In this document: in pieces, positions 1 through 9,581 of the stretch
How the letters are laid out: the number at the start of each line of letters is the position of its first letter
Numbering within the stretch: the first letter of the stretch is position 1
Assembly (NCBI GenBank): GCA_964587565.1
Contig: CAZPLK010000013.1
Span: forward strand, 1 to 14,730
Direction of reading: 5' to 3'
From: an uncultured Muribaculaceae bacterium
Lineage (GTDB): Bacteria; Bacillota_I; Bacilli_A; RF39; UBA660
Length of the DNA stretch: 14,730 bases
Made by a program: the position numbers and the translations under genes
The notes under the pieces: generated by a model
Database searches by the model: none
Seen by the model: the letters and a program-made list of their open reading frames with translations, nothing else
Told to the model about the DNA's origin: nothing

Positions 1-41
1 TTGTTTTAACTTTACCAAATTACACACCTCCATTTGCTCTA

Positions 42-71
42 ATTATACAAAAAAACGTAAAAAAATGTCAA
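42..71 (-). promoter_or_regulatory. Sigma-A-like promoter (TTGACA-18 nt-TATAAT) for a gene that starts near the left edge and runs out of the window
   Basis: On the minus strand, TTGACA is the reverse complement of 66-71 and TATAAT of 42-47, with an 18-nt spacer. A GGAGGTG RBS (reverse complement of 25-31) follows, with a possible TTG start at 16-18. AT-rich genomes give chance promoter matches. Confidence 0.35.
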
Positions 72-100
72 TCCTTTTATGGTAGCTTTACACTTTAATA

Positions 101-124
101 CACAAAAAAAGAGGATAACCTCTT
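101..124 (-). terminator. Rho-independent terminator of hisS
   Basis: Minus-strand hairpin AAGAGG-UUAU-CCUCUU (109-114 pairs with 119-124) overlaps the hisS TAA stop and is followed by a U-run (complement of the A-run at 104-110). Confidence 0.6.
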
Positions 125-1475
125 ATTTTATGTTTATAATTTCTTCATTTTTTAATAATAATTCATTTTTAATTACTTTGATAGCTTCATCAACACTTAA
201 TAAGTTTTGCTCGCCACTATTCATATTTCTTAGTGTAATCTTATCTTTCTTAAGCTCTTCATCTCCTAAAAAAACTACAAATAATATGTTATTTCTATTC
301 GCATAACTAATTTTATTTTTCAATTTTTTTTCTTCAAAGTATATTTGTGTTTTAATATTTTTGGTTCTAAATTTAGTTGATGTATTGATAGCCCACGAAA
401 TATCATTAATCATTGGAATTATCAGGACATCAGCTGGCGAATCATTAATATCATTTATATAATCCATTTCATGTAAAATAGAAAATAATCTTGTTAATCC
501 TATAGAGATACCTACTCCTGGTAATTTTTTACTTGTATAATGTTCAGCCAAATCATCATAACGGCCACCAGAACATATACTTCCAATTTCTGGATGTTTG
601 TTAAATGTAGTTTCATATACCGTCCCTGTATAATAATCTAAACCTCTTGCAATTGTTAAATCAATCATATAATTTTCATCCGGTACACCAAAGTTAGCAA
701 TATAATTATATACAACTTTAAGTTCTTCAACTCCTTTTATAAAAGTATCAGTTTTGTTATCAAATTTTAATAACTCATTTATTATTTTTTCACCATCACC
801 TTTTATTTCTAAAAATTTTATTATTTTCTCACAAGATTCATTAGAAAGTTTCAAATCGTGTAATTCTTTTATAAAATTACTTGTGCCAATTTTTTCCCTC
901 TTATCAATTATTCTAATAACCTCTGTTTTTTTATCATTGATATTTATCATTTCAAAAAAACCATTTAATATTTTTCGGTTATTTATTCTTATTGTAAAGT
1001 CAGAAAGTCCTAAATTTTTAAATACATTATAAATAATGCTTGGGATTTCTGCATCATTAACAACATTTAACTCTCCATCTCCAATTATATCAATATCTGC
1101 TTGATAAAACTCCCTATATCGTCCCTTTTGAGCGCGTTCACCTCTATAAACTTTGCCAATTTGATATCTTTTAAACGGAAATATAATATCATTATAATTT
1201 TTGGCAACATATTTAGCCAATGGTACTGTTAAATCAAAACGCATTGTAATATCAGTGTTTCCTTTTAAAAACCTATAAATTTGTTGTTCAGTTTCACCGC
1301 CAGCTTTCGCCAATAACACTTCAGATTTTTCTAGTATAGGTGTATCCAAAGGGAAAAAACCAAATAATTCATAAGATTCTTTTAGTATTTGTTTCATAAT
1401 ATTAAATTTTATTTGATCTTCTGGTAGTAATTCCATAAAACCAGATAAGGTTGTTGGTTTAACTTTTTTATTCAT
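123..1475 (-). CDS. hisS: Histidine--tRNA ligase (class II aaRS)
   Basis: 450-aa ORF with HisRS-type class II motifs: FKRYQIGKVYRGERAQKGRYREFYQADIDIIG, SGGRYDDL and PGVGISIGLTRL. It has a C-terminal anticodon-binding-like domain and an AGGAG RBS 8 nt upstream of the ATG. Confidence 0.92.
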   Translation of the reverse strand: MNKKVKPTTLSGFMELLPEDQIKFNIMKQILKESYELFGFFPLDTPILEKSEVLLAKAGGETEQQIYRFLKGNTDITMRFDLTVPLAKYVAKNYNDIIFPFKRYQIGKVYRGERAQKGRYREFYQADIDIIGDGELNVVNDAEIPSIIYNVFKNLGLSDFTIRINNRKILNGFFEMININDKKTEVIRIIDKREKIGTSNFIKELHDLKLSNESCEKIIKFLEIKGDGEKIINELLKFDNKTDTFIKGVEELKVVYNYIANFGVPDENYMIDLTIARGLDYYTGTVYETTFNKHPEIGSICSGGRYDDLAEHYTSKKLPGVGISIGLTRLFSILHEMDYINDINDSPADVLIIPMINDISWAINTSTKFRTKNIKTQIYFEEKKLKNKISYANRNNILFVVFLGDEELKKDKITLRNMNSGEQNLLSVDEAIKVIKNELLLKNEEIINIK

Positions 1476-1600
1476 AAATTCATCTCCTTTTATTATTATA
1501 ACATTTTAGTAAAATCAATGGAGATAATTAGAATTAAAGTATTTACTACATAACACAACAATCACTATAATTCCTCCTTTAATACAAAATTATTTTATCA

Positions 1601-2026
1601 CTATAACTTATTACTGTCAATTTTTTCAAACGTAAATAAATAAAGATTTAAAACAATATAAATAATATTAAAATAAATTATATTATTCGCAACATATTTC
1701 ATTCTATAATTATTGTAGTTATTTACATCATCAATAAACATAACGTTTGAAATAATTTTCGTATCTAGAAGCCCCCTTAGTAAAATTGTTGTAATAATTA
1801 TATTAGATAAAATAAATATTATATTATATTTATTATTATAATTTATATATTGTAAATCCTTTACGTATAAAATTGCCATAATTATTAGCGTTATTGATAA
1901 CAAAATATAAAAAAGGGGAACATTAACATTTTCCATTTTAGGCAAACCTAGTTTAGTACAAAGTAATAATAAAATAAAATTAATAAAAAAACTAATGTTT
2001 TTTAAATAATAAATTTTTTTAGCCAA
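1601..2026 (-). CDS. Hypothetical polytopic membrane protein (about 4 predicted TM segments)
   Basis: 141-aa ORF with several 18-22-residue hydrophobic stretches (FINFILLLLCTKLG, LFYILLSITLIIMAILYV, IIFILSNIIITTILL, IIYFNIIYIVLNLYLFTF). Its start overlaps the upstream ORF's stop by 8 nt. I recognise no family. Confidence 0.5.
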   Translation of the reverse strand: MAKKIYYLKNISFFINFILLLLCTKLGLPKMENVNVPLFYILLSITLIIMAILYVKDLQYINYNNKYNIIFILSNIIITTILLRGLLDTKIISNVMFIDDVNNYNNYRMKYVANNIIYFNIIYIVLNLYLFTFEKIDSNKL

Positions 2027-2654
2027 CTAATTCACCACTTTCTAAAGTCAGTTCTGACAAATATTCAATCACTTTAACTTTGGCAAACAAGTTATTTAAT
2101 AACAAATTAATTTGTGTACCATTTTTTAAGCTTTCAAAATTATTAAATTTATACTCATAATTGTTGATTATAGGCTCAACAATAAAACTTGTCGCTAATA
2201 TTAGTTGAACATTATAATTTATAAAATTCTCCAAATTTAATCCTTTATTATTACTAGATAAAATCCTATAAATTTCTATTGATTCTAAGACATTAATTTT
2301 TGAACAGTCTTTTGCAAATTCATAAAATTGGTTTACATTCATAACATCATTATTACTGCTATAATTCCACATTTTTAATGATTCAATTAATTTTATTTGG
2401 TGAAGTAAATTATTTTTTATTATACTTAACTCTTTCTCTGATAAATAACTATCATTTATTTTATCTATTTTCTCAATGTTTGTTTTAATATTTTTAGATG
2501 TTTCCTGAATTTTTTCTATTTCATTACTATTCTCAAAATTATAATAAAATTTTTCACAATTTATTATAACAAAATGTTTGAAATTACATATTACTAAAAA
2601 ACCTAACACACTAATTAATATAAATATAAGAATATTTTGAAAGTGTTTTTTCAT
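2019..2654 (-). CDS. Hypothetical N-terminally anchored protein with an Asn/Ile/Glu-rich, probably helical ectodomain
   Basis: 211-aa ORF with one N-terminal TM or signal anchor (ILIFILISVLGFLVICNF) and no recognisable catalytic motif. It overlaps the 141-aa ORF by 8 nt, which suggests translational coupling. Confidence 0.5.
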   Translation of the reverse strand: MKKHFQNILIFILISVLGFLVICNFKHFVIINCEKFYYNFENSNEIEKIQETSKNIKTNIEKIDKINDSYLSEKELSIIKNNLLHQIKLIESLKMWNYSSNNDVMNVNQFYEFAKDCSKINVLESIEIYRILSSNNKGLNLENFINYNVQLILATSFIVEPIINNYEYKFNNFESLKNGTQINLLLNNLFAKVKVIEYLSELTLESGELVG

Positions 2655-2697
2655 GCTATCACCTTTTTAATTATATCACAAAAAAAGATAATTATCG

Positions 2698-3786
2698 CTA
2701 ATTATCTTCTACACTTTTATTAAGTTTTACCTTTGTATCCCCAATTTTTCCATCTCGATAAAATTTAATATTTATTTCTTCGCCAACTTCATATTTATAT
2801 AATACAAACCTAAAATGGCCTATACCAGTAATTTTAACGTTATTAATTTCCAGTATAACGTCACCCTTTTTTAATCCAGCGGCTTCAGCAGCTGACTTTT
2901 TTTGAACATTAATAATAGCTATTCCAGATTCAAAAGGCTCGTCATACTGCAATCCATTACGATATAATGCATACGTTTCAGTTGCATCAATTATTTCAAC
3001 ACCTAATAGTGGACGCTTTATCTCTTCGCCTTTTTCTAATCTATCAACTGCACTCATTGCTATTTCAATAGGTATAGCAAAGCCCATACCTTCGATTTCG
3101 TCTTTTACTAATTTTAATGAATTTACGCCTACCACTTCACCATTTATATTTACAAGAGGACCACCACTATTGCCTGGATTAATAGCAGCATCTGTTTGTA
3201 AAACATCCATCATAAAATTACCATTGGGTAGTGTTACAGTAACTGTTCGATCTTTTCCAGATAATATTCCTTTCGTAACAGTACCAATATATTCTGAACC
3301 TAGTGGAGATCCAACCGTAAATAGTGTATCCCCTAAATTTAATTTTGTACTATCACCAATTTTAACAACTTTTAATACTTCTTCTTTATCTATTGCTAAA
3401 ACCGCAATATCGGCATAAGAATCACTTCCTAATAATTTAGCTTCACTCTCTATGCCGTTAATACTTAAAATTTTGATTTTATTTGATTTTTCAATAACAT
3501 GATGATTAGTTATAATATAACCATTTTTATTATCCTTTTTATATACAAACCCTGTTCCTGTTCCGATTAACCTGTTATCTTTATATGCTTCCACTAATAC
3601 AACCCCATCGTACACTTTTGCAATTGCTGGTTGAATTGTGTCTTGTTCTTTAATCTCAACATCATTAATAGTTTTTATTACACTTTCTCCTTTAAAAGGC
3701 ATATTATAAACAACAACATACGTGCCAGTCGCACCTACAAAAAAAGATAAAATTATTATTGATATATAAGTTATTCTTTCACGCAT
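2698..3786 (-). CDS. htrA: HtrA/DegP-family serine protease with a C-terminal PDZ domain
   Basis: 362 aa with an N-terminal TM anchor. The trypsin-like triad context is present (ITNHHVI His, DIAVL Asp, GNSGGPLVN Ser), along with a PDZ-like GLKKGDVILEINNVKI. RBS GGGGTGAT upstream. Confidence 0.9.
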   Translation of the reverse strand: MRERITYISIIILSFFVGATGTYVVVYNMPFKGESVIKTINDVEIKEQDTIQPAIAKVYDGVVLVEAYKDNRLIGTGTGFVYKKDNKNGYIITNHHVIEKSNKIKILSINGIESEAKLLGSDSYADIAVLAIDKEEVLKVVKIGDSTKLNLGDTLFTVGSPLGSEYIGTVTKGILSGKDRTVTVTLPNGNFMMDVLQTDAAINPGNSGGPLVNINGEVVGVNSLKLVKDEIEGMGFAIPIEIAMSAVDRLEKGEEIKRPLLGVEIIDATETYALYRNGLQYDEPFESGIAIINVQKKSAAEAAGLKKGDVILEINNVKITGIGHFRFVLYKYEVGEEINIKFYRDGKIGDTKVKLNKSVEDN

Positions 3787-3799
3787 CTTATCACCCCTA

Positions 3800-4732
3800 T
3801 TATAAATTTATAATTTCCCGCCAATTATCAGGAAATCCGATTTTATTTAATATTGTGTTTAATGGTACTGTTTTGACTTTACCTTCTAAAATATTAATTT
3901 CATAACCAATTTCATATATAAACTCCCTAAACTCATCATCAGTAAGCATTTGTTTCATAATTATAACCAGAGCATATAAATCATTTTTCCCAAAATTATA
4001 TTCATCATTTGTCATATCTATATTTAATAAATAATGATATTTTGTATCTGGAATTCTTCTTTGAGTTCTATGATCATAAAGTATATCTTCGTGAGCACAT
4101 AAATTTCTATAATTAGCAAGCATTGATAAATATACTGTTAAATTTTCAGGCTCCAAATCATACGTATTAGAAAGTTCAATTTGATCTTCTGGTTTTAATA
4201 TATTAAATAATTCAGCAACTATTCCAAATGATAATACTTTCACTAGTATCCACATTGGTATATAACCATAATTACTTAAATAATGCATTGTCGCAGTATG
4301 TTGTTTACCATTTACCCTTATTTGCCTTTTCATTTTATTTAAAACGTCATTAACTTGTTTAGTTTTGTAACTGTCTTGATTAAAGTTTTTAGGGTCCAAA
4401 TATTTCTTTTCTTTAAAACCATATTTTCTAGATAACGTATAACTAATTTTTGATTTAATGTTGTTTTCAACAATTAAAATATATTTAAACATAATATTTC
4501 TAATTTTCCTATCGAAAACAAAAGTTGCATATAATTCCTCAAATGTCGTACCAGGAAAAAATCTCCTATCCCTATGAGAACGCATAAACAAGTGACGATA
4601 TCCACTTATAAAAAAATAATTTTCTCTATATAAAATATCTTTAGCTTTTTCAGGAAAATCAATAACTAAACCTTTATTTCTTAATATTTCAATTTGTTCA
4701 TCTAATGTCCGAAATATTTTACTGCCCATCAT
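3800..4732 (-). CDS. Abi_2-family protein (AbiD/AbiD1/AbiF-like abortive-infection domain)
   Basis: 310 aa. The N-terminus (F-TLDEQIEILRNKGLVI...AKDILYRENYFFISGYRHLF) and the overall length and helical pattern match my memory of the Abi_2 (PF07751) family. RBS AGGTGAT upstream. Confidence 0.7.
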   Translation of the reverse strand: MMGSKIFRTLDEQIEILRNKGLVIDFPEKAKDILYRENYFFISGYRHLFMRSHRDRRFFPGTTFEELYATFVFDRKIRNIMFKYILIVENNIKSKISYTLSRKYGFKEKKYLDPKNFNQDSYKTKQVNDVLNKMKRQIRVNGKQHTATMHYLSNYGYIPMWILVKVLSFGIVAELFNILKPEDQIELSNTYDLEPENLTVYLSMLANYRNLCAHEDILYDHRTQRRIPDTKYHYLLNIDMTNDEYNFGKNDLYALVIIMKQMLTDDEFREFIYEIGYEINILEGKVKTVPLNTILNKIGFPDNWREIINL

Positions 4733-4765
4733 ATCACCTATTATTTATTATAACATATTTTTTTA

Positions 4766-6985
4766 TTATTGACCTTTTATTTTATATTTCATTTTTTTTA
4801 ATCTTAATGCATTAAAAACGACACTTAAACTACTAATGGTCATAGCTAAACCTGCTAACAGTGGATTTAATACAATCCCTATTGGTCTTAAAAAGCCAAT
4901 AGCAATTGGTATCATAGCAACATTGTAAATAAAAGCCCAAAATAAGTTTTGTTTTATATTTTTAATAGTGTTTCTACTAATCTCCAAAACACTTATTATT
5001 TTACTTAAATCATCATTTAATAAAATAATATCTGCTGAATCATTAGCAATATCAGTTCCACTACTAACACTGACTCCTATATTTGCAATCGTCAAAGCTG
5101 GAGCATCGTTTATACCGTCACCAATCATCATTACAACTTGGTTTTTATTTTTCAATTTAATTATAACGTTTGACTTTTCTTTTGGCAATACATTAGCAAA
5201 TACCTTTTCTATACCTATTTCATTTGCAACTAAATTCGCTGTTTTTTCGTTATCACCAGTTAACATAATTGTTTTTATATTAAGTGATTTTAAATCCACG
5301 ATAATTCCTTTTACATTTTCTCTTAATACATCCTTAACACCAATTATACCTAAAACTTCCTTATCTTTCACAACATATACAATGCTGTTTCCAGCAGAAG
5401 TGAGTTTATATTCTATATCACTGTACTTATTTAAAATTTCGTATTTTTTCAAAAGTGCTCTGTTACCAATATATATTGTTTCATTATTTATCTTTCCTTT
5501 AAGACCATATCCGGGCAAGTTTATAAAATTAGTAACATTTTTAAGTTTTATATTTTTTTCTTTTGCATATTTAACAATTGCTAATGCGATAGGATGTGTC
5601 GAATGACGTTCAACACTAGCTACTATACTAATTAATTTATTATCACTAATATTACTAAAATTATATATTTCGGATATTGTCAAATTTCCTTTAGTTAATG
5701 TACCTGTTTTATCAAAAACAATCGTATTAACTTTATGTGCATTTTCTAATACTTCACTCGATTTAATTAATATACCATTATTAGCACAAAGTCCTTCAGC
5801 AATAACAATCGCTAATGGTGTCGCTAATCCTAATGCACACGGACAAGATATTACTAAAATACTTACAAAAACATTTAGTGCAACACTAAAATGATAACCA
5901 AGTAACAAATATATTGCGAAAGTAATTAATGAAATGGCCATAACTATAGGTACAAAATAACTACTTATTTTATCAACAAATAATGCAATTGGGGGTTTAG
6001 TATTTGCAGCCTCTATAACTAAACGTACTATTTCAGAAATAGTAGATTCTTTACCAATTTTTTCTGCCTTATATTCTATATATCCAGAATAATTAATACT
6101 GCCTGCTATAACTTTTGATCCTTTTTCTTTTTTAACTGGAATACTTTCACCTGTAATAAAAGTTTCATCTAAATGCGACATTCCAAAAACTACCTCACCA
6201 TCAACTGCTATTTTATCACCGGGCTTTGCCACTAAAATATCCCCTTGTTTCACTTCATCAATTGTAACCTTTTTAGTTTTATTTCCTTTTTTTATTATCG
6301 CCATTTGAGGTGTTATTTGAACCAGTTTTTCAATAGCTTCTTTAGTTTTATTTTTACTATTTTTATCTATAAAACGCCCTAATTTAATAAAAAATAAAAT
6401 CATAATAGCTGATTCAAAATATAAATTGTGTGCATAACTTACATCTCCCATAAAAATTTTAATTGTACCAAAAATACTATAAAGAAAGCTACTTACAACA
6501 CCAATACTCACTAATGTATCCATGTTTGGATTTTTATTTAACAAACTTTTAAAACCGTTTTTTAATATATCTAATCCGTAAAACAAAACTGGTAATGATA
6601 AAATTAATAGTAATACAGCATATGACCTAGGGGAAATTTTAGGATCCATAATCAAAAACAAAGGTTTTTTAATCATCGCTATCATCGAAATATACATAAC
6701 AAAAAAAGATATGATTCCATAAAAAATAATTTTAACTGTTTCTCTCTTTGATGTTTTGACGTTATCAATAGGATTATATTCACCTAAACTAATATATCCA
6801 GCTTTTTTAACAAAACTTTCAATATTATTGATTGTCAATGAATCATCGTATTCTATTAGTGCTGTCGCCATTATTAAATTCACATTTACTTTAACAATAC
6901 CTTTTTGCTTTTTTAAGTATTTTTCAAGACTATTAGAACAAGCACTACAACTCATACCTTCTATTTTTAATATAATTTTATTCAT
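4766..6985 (-). CDS. copA: Copper-translocating P1B-type ATPase
   Basis: 739 aa with an N-terminal HMA domain (GMSCSACS), a TGES actuator motif, the CPC transmembrane metal site (SCPCALGLATP), the DKTGTLT phosphorylation site and the GDGINDAPAL hinge. Confidence 0.93.
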   Translation of the reverse strand: MNKIILKIEGMSCSACSNSLEKYLKKQKGIVKVNVNLIMATALIEYDDSLTINNIESFVKKAGYISLGEYNPIDNVKTSKRETVKIIFYGIISFFVMYISMIAMIKKPLFLIMDPKISPRSYAVLLLILSLPVLFYGLDILKNGFKSLLNKNPNMDTLVSIGVVSSFLYSIFGTIKIFMGDVSYAHNLYFESAIMILFFIKLGRFIDKNSKNKTKEAIEKLVQITPQMAIIKKGNKTKKVTIDEVKQGDILVAKPGDKIAVDGEVVFGMSHLDETFITGESIPVKKEKGSKVIAGSINYSGYIEYKAEKIGKESTISEIVRLVIEAANTKPPIALFVDKISSYFVPIVMAISLITFAIYLLLGYHFSVALNVFVSILVISCPCALGLATPLAIVIAEGLCANNGILIKSSEVLENAHKVNTIVFDKTGTLTKGNLTISEIYNFSNISDNKLISIVASVERHSTHPIALAIVKYAKEKNIKLKNVTNFINLPGYGLKGKINNETIYIGNRALLKKYEILNKYSDIEYKLTSAGNSIVYVVKDKEVLGIIGVKDVLRENVKGIIVDLKSLNIKTIMLTGDNEKTANLVANEIGIEKVFANVLPKEKSNVIIKLKNKNQVVMMIGDGINDAPALTIANIGVSVSSGTDIANDSADIILLNDDLSKIISVLEISRNTIKNIKQNLFWAFIYNVAMIPIAIGFLRPIGIVLNPLLAGLAMTISSLSVVFNALRLKKMKYKIKGQ

Positions 6986-7035
6986 ATAATTATCACCACT
7001 TAATATATTTTAAACTTAAAATATCTCCATAATAA

Positions 7036-7064
7036 AATATACACTTTTTGAATTTTTATGTCAA
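7036..7064 (-). promoter_or_regulatory. Sigma-A-like promoter upstream of copA (TTGACA-17 nt-TATATT)
   Basis: On the minus strand, TTGACA is the reverse complement of 7059-7064 and TATATT of 7036-7041, with an exact 17-nt spacer. It lies in the 94-bp cwlD-copA gap. I saw no CopY box (TACAnnTGTA) or CsoR-type operator. Confidence 0.4.
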
Positions 7065-7079
7065 ATATAAAAACGGATT

Positions 7080-7742
7080 TCAATTTTGAAAATACTTAAC
7101 AATCCCTCCTGCAATAACATTACTTACTTTTTGTTGATAATATTTTTTTCTTAATAAATATCTTTCGTTTGGATTACTTATAAAGCCAACCTCTATTAAA
7201 ACACCTGGCCGTTTAACACGTTTATGAAGATACATCTCTGCAGTCTTCTTATACTTTCTTTTGGTATTCAAGTGTTTTGCTAACTCAGATTGTATAATTC
7301 GTGCAATTTTTTCATTTGATTCATGCACATCATCATAAAAAACTTGCGCACCATACCAAACAGGAGAAGAGTCGGAATTTAAATGAATAGAAATATATAA
7401 ATCACACCCTGACCGATTTATTATATTTCCTCTTCTGGATAAATCACTTCTTTTCCTGTTTATAGCGTTTATAACACTTAAATCATAATCACCATACCTT
7501 GTCATATATACAATAGCACCCATATTGCCTAAAGTATCACTCAAAGTTTCACTTATTTCCAAATTAATATTTGATTCATATATATCTTTATATACTGCCC
7601 CTGGATCAGCACCTCCATGACCTGGGTCAATGTATATGACTTTGCCTAATAACGGGTACTCTTTTTCTTTTGCTTCAATATAATTAAAAAACAGCAATGA
7701 AATTACAAATAATGAGGTGCACATTATTTTATATTTGAACAT
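7080..7742 (-). CDS. cwlD: N-acetylmuramoyl-L-alanine amidase (Amidase_3), CwlD-like
   Basis: 220 aa with an N-terminal signal anchor. Amidase_3 motifs are present (IDPGHGGADPGA, YISIHLNS, LIEVGFISN). Its position just downstream of rplM-rpsI matches the Bacillus cwlD neighbourhood. Confidence 0.75.
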   Translation of the reverse strand: MFKYKIMCTSLFVISLLFFNYIEAKEKEYPLLGKVIYIDPGHGGADPGAVYKDIYESNINLEISETLSDTLGNMGAIVYMTRYGDYDLSVINAINRKRSDLSRRGNIINRSGCDLYISIHLNSDSSPVWYGAQVFYDDVHESNEKIARIIQSELAKHLNTKRKYKKTAEMYLHKRVKRPGVLIEVGFISNPNERYLLRKKYYQQKVSNVIAGGIVKYFQN

Positions 7743-7782
7743 TTTATCACCTAATTAATTATATTCATCTAAATTTTTAATA

Positions 7783-7811
7783 TAAAAAAAACCTACATAT
7801 GTAGATTTTTT
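7783..7811 (-). terminator. Weak bidirectional-looking rho-independent terminator after rpsI
   Basis: A palindrome (cctacatatgtag within 7792-7805) is flanked by an A8 run at 7784-7791 and a T-run at 7806-7811. On the minus strand the hairpin is followed by U8. The stem is short and AT-rich. Confidence 0.45.
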
Positions 7812-7833
7812 AAACAATTTAATGTTAAATCAA

Positions 7834-8253
7834 TTAACGTTTTGAATATTGTGGTGCACGACGTGCTGCTTTTAATCCAGGTTTTTTACGTTCTTTAATA
7901 CGTGAATCCCTTGTAATAAATCCAGCTCTTTTTAAAATTTGTCTAAAACTATCTTCATTGTTAGGGTCGTTATTAACATCATACTCTAAAAGTGCACGAG
8001 TTATTCCTAAACGAATCGCTCCAGTTTGACCATTAAAGCCGCCTCCATTTACTTTAACATCTATATCAAACATGTTTTCAGTGTTTGTAGCAACTAAAGG
8101 TTGTTTTAAATCCATAACATTTGTTTCATATGGAAAAAACTCTTTAACATCAATTCCATTAACTGTTATTTTACCTTTACCAGGAATCATCTTAACTTGT
8201 GCGATTGAAGATTTTCTTCTTCCTGTTCCAATATAAATTTTATTTTTAGTCAT
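7834..8253 (-). CDS. rpsI: 30S ribosomal protein S9
   Basis: 139 aa. The N-terminus has [27 protein letters not shown] and the C-terminus has [17 protein letters not shown], both typical of uS9. AGGAGG RBS. Confidence 0.95.
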   Translation of the reverse strand: MTKNKIYIGTGRRKSSIAQVKMIPGKGKITVNGIDVKEFFPYETNVMDLKQPLVATNTENMFDIDVKVNGGGFNGQTGAIRLGITRALLEYDVNNDPNNEDSFRQILKRAGFITRDSRIKERKKPGLKAARRAPQYSKR

Positions 8254-8266
8254 TTAAAACCCTCCT

Positions 8267-8701
8267 TTAATTAATTTTTAACTCAACTGGTTGCTGAGCT
8301 GTATGAGGGTGTTCATTACCTTCATACACAAATAACTTTCTATACATTTGCCTACCTAATCTCCCTTTAGGAAGCATACCTTTAATTGATCTTTCTACCA
8401 TTTCAACTGGATATCTATCTTTCATTTCGCGTGCTGTTCTTTTCCTTAAACCACCTGGATAACCACTGTGATTATAATAAACTTTTTGGTCTAATTTATT
8501 ACCAGTTAAATTTATTTTAGATGCATTAATTATAATAACATAGTCACCACCATCAACATGTGGTGTAAAAGTTACCTTATTTTTCCCACGAAGTATGTGT
8601 GCAGCTTGGGTTGCGAGACGTCCTAAGATGACATCTTCTGCATCAATTACATACCAGTTACGTTTAACATCTTCTTTTCTTTGCATATATGTTGTTTTCA
8701 T
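8267..8701 (-). CDS. rplM: 50S ribosomal protein L13
   Basis: 144 aa. [46 protein letters not shown]...[10 protein letters not shown] is canonical uL13. Confidence 0.95.
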   Translation of the reverse strand: MKTTYMQRKEDVKRNWYVIDAEDVILGRLATQAAHILRGKNKVTFTPHVDGGDYVIIINASKINLTGNKLDQKVYYNHSGYPGGLRKRTAREMKDRYPVEMVERSIKGMLPKGRLGRQMYRKLFVYEGNEHPHTAQQPVELKIN

Positions 8702-8812
8702 ATAACTTTCCTTTCTTATCTCATACTAATATAAGTAGTCCCAATACTTATAATAGTGGGATATATAAAATGTACCAACTAAAATTTTACTAAATTTCAT
8801 AACAATTGTCAA
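8702..8812 (-). promoter_or_regulatory. rplM promoter (TTGACA-17 nt-TAAAAT) plus an approximately 75-nt 5' leader with a hairpin; possible L13 autoregulatory leader
   Basis: On the minus strand, TTGACA is the reverse complement of 8807-8812 and TAAAAT of 8784-8789, with a 17-nt spacer. The leader contains the stem UCCCA...UGGGA (8739-8743 pairs with 8757-8761). A ribosomal-protein L13 leader is described in low-GC Gram-positives, but I cannot match a covariance model by eye. Confidence 0.35.
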
Positions 8813-8840
8813 CATTATCATATGTTTTTTTGTTTTATTT

Positions 8841-9581
8841 TTAATAAAATACATCTTTTAAATATAAACCTTCGGGATTAGCTGTTTTACCAGCATTTTT
8901 TCGTTCTAGCGATTTTAAAATGGTTATTATATCTTCACTTTTTCTTTTACCTTCGCCTATTTCAATTAATGTACCAACCATGTTACGAACCATATATCTC
9001 AAAAAACCCGTACCAACAAAGGAAATTGTAATTTTATTAACATTTTTAACATCTCTTATTAAATTTGTTTGAACAATAATCCTAACAAAATCTTCTTTCT
9101 CGTCATCAACTTTTGAAAAAGCTTTGAAATCGTGTTCTCCTTCCAAATACTTTAAAGCCCTTTCCATTTCTACAACATCTAATCTTTTATTATATTGATA
9201 TACATAATTCTTTTCAATTGGATCATATTCACCCATATTAATTTTATATATATACTCCTTTGCTTTAGCATCAAATCTTGCATGAAAATTGTCATTAACC
9301 TCCATAACACTTTTTATATAAATATCATCTGGGATCAAACTATTTAATGCCTTTTTTAATTTTTCTGGTGTTATATCCATTTCCAAATCAAAATGGGCTT
9401 TTTGATTTATTGCGTGAACTAACGCATCAGTTCTTCCACTAGCATGGATTGAAACTGCTTTACTATCATTAATGATTTTTAATGCTTTTTCGATTTCACC
9501 TTGAATAGTTTTAACCCTCGCTTGTTTTTGATAACCCTTATATTTAGAACCATCATATGAAAACGTTATAAAGTATCTCAT
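8841..9581 (-). CDS. truA: tRNA pseudouridine(38-40) synthase
   Basis: 246 aa. The catalytic-Asp motif GRTDALVHA is present with a TruA-like fold pattern. It sits in the canonical ecfT-truA-rplM position and overlaps the ecfT stop by 4 nt. Confidence 0.9.
   Translation of the reverse strand: MRYFITFSYDGSKYKGYQKQARVKTIQGEIEKALKIINDSKAVSIHASGRTDALVHAINQKAHFDLEMDITPEKLKKALNSLIPDDIYIKSVMEVNDNFHARFDAKAKEYIYKINMGEYDPIEKNYVYQYNKRLDVVEMERALKYLEGEHDFKAFSKVDDEKEDFVRIIVQTNLIRDVKNVNKITISFVGTGFLRYMVRNMVGTLIEIGEGKRKSEDIITILKSLERKNAGKTANPEGLYLKDVFY

Noticed and set aside
1495-1503. Extended -10 (TGTTATAAT, minus strand) just upstream of hisS, with similar TGnTATAAT matches before the Abi_2 and 211-aa ORFs
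   Set aside because: The -10 lies only 6-15 nt from the RBS or start codon, so transcription would begin inside or after the RBS. Such matches are expected by chance in DNA this AT-rich.
1476-1600. T-box riboswitch leader upstream of hisS
   Set aside because: Only 125 nt are available, which is too short for a T-box leader. I find no conserved T-box sequence (…GGTGGTACCGCG-like) on the minus strand. hisS is more likely co-transcribed with the upstream ORFs.
2680-2696. Palindrome gataattatc plus an A/T run after htrA as a terminator
   Set aside because: It is a 5-bp all-AT stem with no loop, which is too weak to call. htrA is probably co-transcribed with the downstream ORFs.
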